A stretch of 64,000 nucleotides of DNA from Eledone cirrhosa (taxonomy: Eukaryota). Positions 54,432 to 64,000 of this stretch are shown here, one piece after another. Made by a program: the position numbers and the translations under genes. The stretch is from contig OZ024741.1 of NCBI GenBank assembly GCA_964016885.1, positions 155,310,001 through 155,374,000 of the forward strand, in the 5' to 3' direction. Position 1 is the stretch's first letter; each line of letters begins with the position of its first letter. Under the pieces are notes generated by a model. The model saw only the letters and a program-made list of their open reading frames with translations, did not search any database and was not told the DNA's origin.

Positions 54432-57400
54432 CTACAGGATGGTATACAGAGAAGGCCCATTTACACGAGCCATTCTCGCCACTATCACCCACCTTTCATA
54501 AAACTGCCTGTGGCCAAGCACCTCTCTCTCCATTCTTATCCTTCTTCCGAAGTGATATCGGAAGAAGTAGACCAGACTATGGCCAGAGAGGAAGTTGCCT
54601 GACCTCAGACCTTTCAATCGTGTCCACCAAACAACCTCTTTCAACATGGCTATTACGCACAGAAAAACCGCCTTTGCTTCTTTGTGAAGAGGGGAGGCGG
54701 CTTGATTGTCATCACGGACTCGGCGGTCAATTGAATCGGCGCCACCCGCGACAGCAGTCGTTCGGCGTAGCCCCACAGATCAGCCACGCCCGGACATTGC
54801 ACCAATGCGTGCGCAACGGTTTCTTCGTGACGCACGCATCTAGGGCAAATCTTTTTTGAGGGATCCCTGCCCGGGCGCCCGTGTCTGTAGAGCCTCTCTC
54901 GAATGGGTAGAGCCCCTCAGTAGCACTGCCAGGCCAGTGACTTCTGGAAGTTGTCCATTGGTCCTGGGCCGAAAGTCCTACCGAACAGGCTGGCCAGTTC
55001 GTCTTCTTCCATGTCCAGCGACTCTCCAAGGGTGTCATCGCCCCTGCTAGCCACCAGCCCTCTATAGAATGATGAGGTGGATTCTCCACCGATGGCCTGG
55101 CCCGCTTGCCAGAGAGCCCTGAGCGCCTGAGCACACTCAGTGTGCCAGTCTCCCAGTTTTCCGGATCTTTGCTTGACCCAGGACTGTAGCTCGGTGAGCG
55201 AGACGAGTCTCGGAAAGGCTCGTTTCACGAACGGAGCCCACACCGGTTGACCAGTGAGGAATACCTGTAGGTGCCGTAGCCTTAATGCGTGCCTATGCAT
55301 CATCAACCACGGCATCCCCAGCCCTCCTTTCGAAGGTTGTTGGCAGCAGATGGATCTTCTCACCATAGGAGGGCGCTTCTTCCAAAGAAATTGGAAGAGC
55401 ATGCGTTCCATGGTGGTGAGTGTTTCCTTAGGGCAAGGCACGACAGTCAGGCGGTAGTAAGTGACGGACGCTATGTAAATGTTCGCCACCTCCGCCCGGC
55501 CTTTTAGGGACAGCTTACACTTGGCCCATTTCTGGGTTAGTGCAAACACCTTGTTCGTAACCTCGTTCCAGTTCTTTTCCACCTGGAGGTCCGGTCCAAA
55601 CCAGACCCCAAGCAACTTTACCGGGCCCTCCGTCCAGTGTCCGACGACACCGTCGGGAGGCATCGGTCTGCCTCTCCACGTTCCGAGTTGCAGCCCGATG
55701 GATTTTCCCGGTTCAGTTTCGCTCCTGACAACCTTTCGTAATCCTCCAGTAAGGTACCGATCGCCTCGATCTCCGAGTCGGTCGATACCATAACTGTTAC
55801 GTCATCGGCGTAGGCCGACACCGCTTTGCTCAATTCTGGTTCCAGGGGGATACCCTGCAACAACTCCAACTTCCTCAGTAAAGGCTCGAGAGTCAATACG
55901 TACAGAAGGGAGGAGAGAGGGCACCCCTGTCGAATGGATCGTGTGATTTCGAACGGCTTCGAAAGGTAGCCGTTCACCTTGATCCTAGAACAGATGTGGT
56001 TGCTATGTAAGGCAGTGATCCAGCCTCTGAAAACAGGACCGAGCCCAGCCGCCGCTAGCACCGCATCCAGGTAATCATGGTCGACCCTATCGAAGGCCTT
56101 AGACTGATCCAAGTTGATCAGGGCCCCACCGAAGCCGGGTTTGTTGCCAACCCTCTCTATGATGTATCGCATGAGGTGGAGGTTATCGTGAATGGACCTG
56201 GATGGGATAGCACATGTCTGCGCATCTCCCACCAGGCCACCCACGACAAGCGCCAACCTCTTTGCTAACACCTTGGCCAAAATCTTTAACTCTGTGTTTA
56301 GCAGGGTTATGGGCCGAAAATTATTTATACTATCTCCCTTGTTCTTGTCCTTCCTCACCAGCGTGACTACGCCCTTGGCTACAGAACAAGGAATTCTCCC
56401 GTTCTGCTGCCAATTGCAGTAGACCGCTTCGAGGAGTTCGGAGAAGAAGACCGGCATTGCTAAATAAAGTTCGTAAGGTATACCATCGAGACCTGGAGAT
56501 TTGCGTCTGCTGCATTGGCTCAGCGCATCTCCGATCTCATCAGCCGAGATTGGTCCCTCGCAGGACTCTGCCTCTTCACTCGAGAGACGCGGCAGGCCGT
56601 CGAGGTATGGACCGAAATCCACTCCCCCGCCCGGATCCTCGCCTCCCCCGAACAATCGGGCAAAGTGCCTTTGAAAGGCCTCGCACATCTGCTTAGGCTC
56701 CTGGATCACCCGTCCATCTTCGTCTTGCAACGACCGGATGGTGGATCGATTTCCACTCTTAGCTTCTGTCACGCGGGCCCAGCCAACGGCTTTGGCCCCC
56801 TCATTACCTAGAGCACGTATTTTACTTCGAATGACGCAGCCTTCGTGCTTTGCATCGAAAAACTGGTTCAAGGCCGTCCTCGATGCCAGCACTCTGGCCA
56901 CATCTTCGCTCTTGATTGCCTCTTCTAATTTACCTGTTAATTCTTTCTCGTTTCTATTCCTATCGGCAGCTAACATCTTGCTATAACTTATTGATTCTGT
57001 TCTAATCTCTCTTTTGAGAGATGCCCACCATCGGTTGTTGACGATTGCACCCGTCAACCTCTCCTTAACTAATCTGCTAATCCGATTTCTGTAAGTCTCT
57101 TTTGCCGGTAAAGACAAATTAAGTTTCCAGTAACCGGGACCCTGTTTATGTGTTTTCTCGAGATTGACTACGCAGGTCACTAATTTGTGATCCGTGTAGC
57201 CAACCGTGCGCATTTCTGGACAGCTTAATATGTCCCTATCCTTACTTCTAACTAAGAATCTATCTAAGTACGATCTAGATTGACCACTGTGGTTTCTCCA
57301 AGTCCAGGTCGGCACAGTTGGAAAATCTAGTCGATATCTATCGACCAAGTTAAAACGGTCGAGTAACCCCTTGAGGCTGTTACACCCCCCTCTATTAGGA

Positions 57401-57867
57401 CATGCTCCTGCATAGTCCCAACGTGCATCTAGGATGTCATTCCAATCCCCCGCTAGAAGCAGGGAACGCGACGTTCCCAGAAAAGTCTCCAAAAACTGGA
57501 AGAAGTCGGGCCGTTCAGCTCCGAAAGGGGAGTAGACGGCAACCAGTCACCAGGCCGCACTTTCACTACTGCCAACGTCTAGCACCAACAAACGACCCTC
57601 CGGGTCCGAGTGCACAACCTGTACGGCAAGACCCAGGTGTTTTTGCAGCAGTACGACAACCCCACCCCCACCTCCAGGTTGACAGAGAGATGCATGCACC
57701 TCAAAGTCATCGAAGGTGGGGGCCAGCTGCCGCACGACGCTGATTCGAGTCTCACAGATAACCATTACATTTATACTACATGACCTGAGGTCATTTAGAA
57801 GCTTTGCTTGCTTCCAAATTGAGCCCAGGCCACGTGCATTCAAACATCCTACTCTTAACACATCCAT
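54432..57867 (-). pseudogene. LINE ORF2 (APE endonuclease and reverse transcriptase), disrupted
   Basis: LNARGL, GDWN, YLDRF, TDH, QGCPLS, YADD. About three frameshifts and a stop at 54917. Confidence 0.92.
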
Positions 57868-57900
57868 GTGGGCGGCAGAGCCAAAGGAGAGTGTAGAGAC

Positions 57901-59803
57901 CTACCTTTCCGCTTCCCGGGGTTCGGGTTGCACGACTTCCATGGGGTCGGGGGTGTTGGGTGAAGGGGTGTCTTGTGGTGGTGTGGGGTCGTCAGTGTGT
58001 GGTGGGGTTGGGGTGTTTGGAGTTGTGTTGGGGAGGGGAAGGGGAGGGGGAAAGATTTTTAGTAGGACGCGGTTTATGGGTTTGAGAGAGGGTGGTCCTA
58101 CGTCCTCCTTAAAATCCTTTTTTAGTTTTTGGTAGAGGTTCATTGGATCTTTATTAATTTTAAATGTGGGTAGTTTTCTGAAGAAACAAAGTTTACACCT
58201 TCGGTTTGTACCGAAGGATTATTGTTTATGAGTTCATTTAATTTATTATTGTTTCTGTTGATGTAAGTATAGTGTAATGTCTTTTTTTCGGATGGTGTGA
58301 GTGTTTCGAAGAGGGGAGGGGCAGGTTTGGTTTTGTTTGTTGCTGGAGGGGTGTTTTCTGTTTTGTTGGATTGTGTTGAGATTTGGGTGGGGGTTGTTTG
58401 GCCTTGTGTGTTTTGCACATGTTTTCTTTTTTTCCTTTTAATCTGTCTGAAGGACTCCGTTTCTTCCTCCGAATTCGTTGGGTTATCTTCAGTGTTGGAG
58501 GGAAGAGGTATGTTTGCTGGTAATGTTTCCGTGTTGGTTTTCTTTGTGGGGGAGATGGATGTCACTATGTTAGACTGTGTTGTGTGTTGTGTCTGCGGTG
58601 GTTGTGTTGTTTTATTGAGTGAGAGGTTGGGTGGGCCTGTATTTTGTTTTGGGGTAATGTGTTGTGACTGTATGTGTTGTGGTGGTGGTGTGGTTTTACT
58701 GAGGGACGGGTTGGGTGGGACTGAGTTTTGTTGTTTGTTTATCTGTTGTGGTGGTGGTGGTGGAGCTGGTGTTGGTAGCAGGGTTTTCTTTTTGTTGAGT
58801 TGGGGACAAGCGGCCTTCAGGTGCCCTCTGCCTGCACAGATATGGCAGGACGGCCTTCTCCCCTCCACGCTAATGTTTATATACCCGTGGCCCTCTAATA
58901 GGATTCTGTCGGGTATTTGGGCGATGCGTTCAGGTTTCATTTGCACTACCAGCTCTATACCTGTTCCACTGAACGCATTGCCTGTGGTTTTCCCAATGGA
59001 AATCACGTTGTCATTCACTGGATCGATGAAGCCAGCTATGAGCCAGCAGTAGTCCACATCTGGCATCATCGCATCCAGCCATATGCGTTGAGTTCTTTTA
59101 CCCATATAAGATGGATAAAAGGTAAAATTTTTCGAACGAATCGGTGACAAAGCACATTTTTTTGCCGCCGATTCGTTCTTCATGATAATTGCTAGGCTTC
59201 CATACAGTCTGTCTTTTCTTATGAAAGTGGTTTCATTAAGTACTTCTGTGAGTACTGTTTTGATATCTGCTTGAGAAGGCTGTTCAGGTTTTTTAGAAGT
59301 GTTGTTGATGGTGCGGAACTTGACCGTTCGGCTTTCAATGTCTTTGGTGAATTCTTGAGGCATTTTTACCGATAAAATACCATTCTCTCCTTCACTTATG
59401 TATTGTTTGGCGTCTGTGATTCTTCGTGCCACATCTGAAATATTTTCGGGTATATAAGTCAAAGATTTCTTTGTTGTTTGTGCAAATGAAATCTTGACTC
59501 TGTCGTCTGCTTTGCTTTCTGCTATGGTGTTATTTTCAAATGTTATTTTTGTGTTTGTTGTGTCTTTGTTTGTGGTGTTAGTATTGTCATGCAATTTTTC
59601 AAATTTTTTTTTTCGTTGTTGGAATCCATGTCCAGATTTGTGTTTTCATCATTTTTTTTCTCCGCAGATTCGTCTGTTTTTATTTTAATTTTTCCTTCCT
59701 TCTCTATGACGTTAGTTGGGAAGGAAGGGGGGACTAAAACGTGCGAGCTTACAACTCCTACCGCTGTCCCCCCACCACTATTTTCGTTCGCTTCGTTTAA
59801 CAT
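57901..59803 (-). pseudogene. LINE ORF1 (gag-like zinc knuckle, Pro/Thr-rich tail), frameshifted
   Basis: CHICAGRGHLKAAC; pieces 59543-59836, 58140-59594 and 57901-58143. Confidence 0.8.
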
Positions 59804-60979
59804 TTCTGTCAGCCGATTGAACTTTTTTTGCCACAAAATTTTTTTAAAATAGGTTTTTCACCTCTAGGAGGGGTAAAGATGAGCTGACCCACCGCCTGAC
59901 AGTTCAGACGGGGGGTCAAGCTACACTATAGTATCAAAATTAAATTTGAACTCACAAAATTTCCGCAATAAATTTGAACAAAACTTCTGCGCGAAGTGAA
60001 TTACATCCACACAGACGACAGCTAGATTGTGATATATATATATATATATAGATAGATAGATAAATAAATAAATACACTCTACAAAATATACCGAATACTT
60101 GCTTTTCTCATTTCTAAATTGATAATTGTACATACCGACGACAACGACGACGACGACGACCACTACCACCACCACCACCATCATCACCATAATCACCACC
60201 AACACTGCCACCACCACCACCACCACCACCACCACCACCACCACCACCAACACCCTCAGCAGCACCACCATCATCCTGCCACCAGCACCACTAGCACCAC
60301 CAGCACCACCAACACCACCAGCACCAGCACCACCACCACCACCACCAACATCCTCATCAGTACCACCAGCACATCCACCACAACGTCAACAAAAACCACC
60401 ACCACCACCACAATAGCAGCAACAAAATCAAAACCAACAATTTTTGTTTGTTTCAGCTGTACTTATTTCTAGTTGAAGTGTTTACCTCATTTCTGTATGA
60501 TGTATTCTCCTTCTTGATTTATAATGTTTATGAATACTGTTTTGTTCTGTTAGTACGGTGATCCTATTTATTTCATATTGTGAGATGTGTTTTCCTTTTT
60601 CTTGTTAGATTAGTTCTTAGATTTTCTTAAAAACATACACACGCAAACAAAAACACACAATTTTGCGCAGATCACATGCATAAAGAAAGATGGACTAAAT
60701 TTAACGAGATCAGAACAAAAGGATTGACAAAGGATCAAGAATAGTCATTGAGAAGGTTATATTTTGTGTGACGAAAGATTTTGACAATTGAATATGACAA
60801 TTAAACAACCATTTGGTTACTTAACTAACCGAGGAATGGATTAGTTACGTAATTTATAACTGATAATAAAACTGAAATGAAACTCAAGCTCAACTGGGTC
60901 ATGTGTTTTTATTGGCAGCATTAACCTCCTAAATTATATATACACATATATATATACACATAATATTCGAAAAACTCAG

Positions 60980-61052
<73 letters not shown>

Positions 61053-61150
61053 GGTGTCCTCCCCAAAATGTGTAACACTTTGATAAGAATGCTGTTGAAG
61101 TGTGTATACATTTTTTGGGGACATCTTGTATATGTGTGTGTATGTATGTA

Positions 61151-61181
<31 letters not shown>

Positions 61182-62770
61182 ATGTGTGTATGTATGTATG
61201 TATGTATGTATGTATGTACACCAAGTTTACTTGGTGAGGAGGAGGATTTTGAACACCCTGCAGGACAAAAACAAAACCTGACAAAGGGCGGAAGAACTCA
61301 TAAGAGTCAACGACCACCCAAAAGTGTGTAAATATGTATATACACATGTACCGCACGGTTAAACCACTGGGAGTGAAGGACCCCTAGCCTTTGTCAGAGC
61401 ATTCTTCTAGGAGAAGGCAACTCATGAAACTGGGATAACTCCGATATAAAACCTGCGGCTCAGTAGTTACCGATGATGTTGATCTTTTCTTCTTTTCGGC
61501 TCAGTGGGATTGGCTCAGTGCACAGTCTTTCCTCACTTTAAAAAATATCTTCACGCACAGGCATTGCACGATAGAATTAATTAATAATTAATAATAATGG
61601 TATATCATGCAATGGTCATACTCGATAACGATGGGGCAGCCATCATGTATGAATGTATGTATGTATGGAATTTATTTCAGGTAGAAATGACTTTTCAAGA
61701 TTAGAATTGTTTCAATTGATTTATATTAACAGTTTGTTATGACTTGCCAGCTCTACACAAACGTTGAAATTGATTAAATGAATAAATAAATGATGTTACT
61801 AATTTATTTTTTACTGTTTACACAGGAAAGCCGCATGGTCTTGTAGTTAAGGTGTTGCGCCTACGAATGTAAGATCGGACATTCGATTCTAAGGCCGGAC
61901 CTAACTGTGTGTCTTAGATGAAAACACGTCATTTCATAGGGGAGTGTCTTATACTCTCAATTGCTTAATGCTAATGAAACTGGGATAAGCACTCGGTTTA
62001 TGAGCCTCTGGTCGTTAATCATTTCGAAATCAGAGTGGGGAGGCGATTGATGAATCCTTAAATCGCTGATCTGGCTTGACTGCTTCAAGGTTGATTGCAC
62101 TATACTATAGTGACTATAGGCTCCTAAGAGTCAGTCTGTGGTCTGAATACTTTCAATAATGATTAAAAACACTTTGACAATAGTTACTTTCGGTCAAACT
62201 AAACTACTAATACGTATTTTTGTGTGGATTAAGAAATATATATATGGGACACCTTTGTCTCAACAGTATTATAAATTGGGAGAACTATATCCTAGTAGTA
62301 TCCTCATTATGATTGGCAATAGAAGTAAAATAGATACGTCGATAGATAGACAGATATATACATATAGATAGATAGAGAGTATTATAAATTGATGCAACTA
62401 TATCATAGTAGTTTTCCTATCGCTCATTATGATTAGCAATAAAAATAAGAAAAGTAACTACTTATTACGCACTAAATTAGGATAAATATTGGAAAGAGAA
62501 TATGTAAAGGTTAAGCCAGGCAACGTATTAAGTCTACCGCAACGCCAGAAGACCGCAGCGGGATTTGACCTCTGAGCGTAAATAACCAAAAGAAATACCT
62601 AAGATGAAAGCATCACGTCGGATGTGCTACCGACTGAAACTAATAAAAGAATGAAAGCATGAAAGAATGAAAGAATATACGTATATGTAGGTAACTGTTT
62701 ATGTGCATATTTGTGCGTCTATGTGCAAGTGTTTGCGTTTGTGTATGCTCATGTGTACCTTTGTAAGTGA

Positions 62771-62839
<69 letters not shown>

Positions 62840-62843
<4 letters not shown>

Positions 62844-64000
62844 AGAATGTTTGACCCTGACGGCAGAGATCAAGCCGTTTCGACGGCTATTTCTGGACTA
62901 AATTAGAATATTTAGCGTGGTAGATAAATAGCCGAACTTTTCAAGGGGTAATTCCTTATATGGGAAGATTGTAGTTGTCAAGAGGATTGGTCAAAATTTC
63001 TTGTACACACAATTCAGTCTTTCATGGCAATGGGCGGGTGGTGGGGATGGCTGAACTTGCCTGTAGAACAATGAGTGAGTGGAGCACGTCAAGCGTTGAA
63101 AGTGAATTCTATACAGCAAATTCTAAGGATTGTGTATGAAAATAGGCTAGATAGGAATCATGCGAGAAAGGATTCTAGAGAAAATAGAGAGGGGACGTTA
63201 TAGAATAGGTTAATAAATTGAGATTAGAAGATAATAAATAAATAAAAAAATATATAAAAATATAAAATTGGATAGTAAAAAGTAATAAAAAATCTCTAGG
63301 TCTAAAATAGCTGCTATAATTAGTTGGTATTGCGCTTTCGGCCAATGCTATATATAATTTACTGGGATGAGGGTACTGAGGATACAAAAGCCCGATGGGC
63401 TGCCTCGGGGTAGGCGAAAGGGGAAAAAGGAAACGGAAGAGGATAGGGAGTGGAAGGAAGTGATAGGAAGAGATAAAGGGAAGAAGAAAATAAAAAGGAA
63501 AAGACCTATGTTAGTTGGGGTTTCCCCTATCTTATTCGGCAAGTGGGGAAAAGGAGGATGTTGCAGCTATTGTCTACCCACTCGGGTCATGAGGGGGTTT
63601 GAGGGCGAGGTAAGTCCTACGCAATCGGTGTTTGCATGCAGTTACAAGTTCATCTTTTTTGTTTAGGAGTTGGTCCTTCGTAAACAGCATTTGTAATGTT
63701 TCCTCCGAGCATAAGTTACACGGACGGCGTCCTCCCGTGTAGGAGTTATCCCTGGACAGTAAGCTCCAAGTAAGATTGTATGTTATGTTATTATCTTGGA
63801 TGTCCGAGATGTGGCTCTAAAGTGTAGTGGCATGTCACTGGGCCGGGTTTCGGAACGTATGTCGGTGTTGGTAGAGCCGGGTCTTAAAGTCACAAGCGGT
63901 TAATCCTATATAGGCTTTGTTGGAGGTTTCCGTCTTCACGTTGCATTGTAGATCACGTTACATTCTCGGCATCTGTTGTTGAGGGGGAACGTAGATCTAT
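62840..64000 (-). mobile_element. Penelope-like element: decayed GIY-YIG (63567-64000), 3' UTR and hammerhead at 62854-62949
   Basis: Minus strand VIY..KAYIGLTACDFKTRLYQHRHTF..W..CNLCSEE..LLNKKDELVTACKHR, which is absent from the ORF track. ACCCC-TTGAAAA-..CGGCTATTT/AAATAGCCG..-GAAAC-GGC..GCC-GTC/AGGGT. Confidence 0.88.

Larger units (their letters stand above)
54216..60030 (-). mobile_element. Near full-length Tx1/L1-clade LINE (5' boundary uncertain, 59920-60030)
   Basis: ORF1 with CCHC knuckle, ORF2 APE-RT-zf-RVT, 3' UTR with AATAAA and TATC tail. Confidence 0.93.

Noticed and set aside
58297-59052. 251-aa plus-strand ORF
   Set aside because: It is the antisense shadow of the low-complexity part of LINE ORF1.
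63815-63840. TGA and TAG in the GIY-YIG remnant as recoding
   Set aside because: They are not at Cys positions and accompany a frameshift, which fits ordinary decay.

Overview
This is AT-rich, microsatellite-dense eukaryotic DNA with a 200-N gap at 14969-15168. The SINE and repeat content suggests a cephalopod such as Octopus, which is an inference. The one recognisable host gene is an intronless rhodopsin-family neuropeptide GPCR of the bombesin/CCHamide/excitatory-peptide receptor type (16250-17408), with a single +1 frameshift in a C run. The rest is mobile DNA: Tx1/L1-clade LINEs beside (TATC)n (one near full length), R4/Dong LINEs in (AAT)n and (CATA)n, RTE remnants, two tRNA-derived SINE families, non-autonomous Helitrons and Penelope-like element (PLE) GIY-YIG remnants. 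The main unexplained signal is about 28 candidate type I hammerhead ribozymes, read by eye; 20 have a canonical CUGANGA/GAAA core. Most sit in short non-coding fold-back units inserted in (TA)n. Several of these units fold back exactly inside ribozyme stem II and share a small stem-loop at the arm/tail boundary. One family traces to a GIY-YIG-bearing PLE at the right edge of the window. Coordinates are hand-read and may be off by a few bases. No folding or database search was run.
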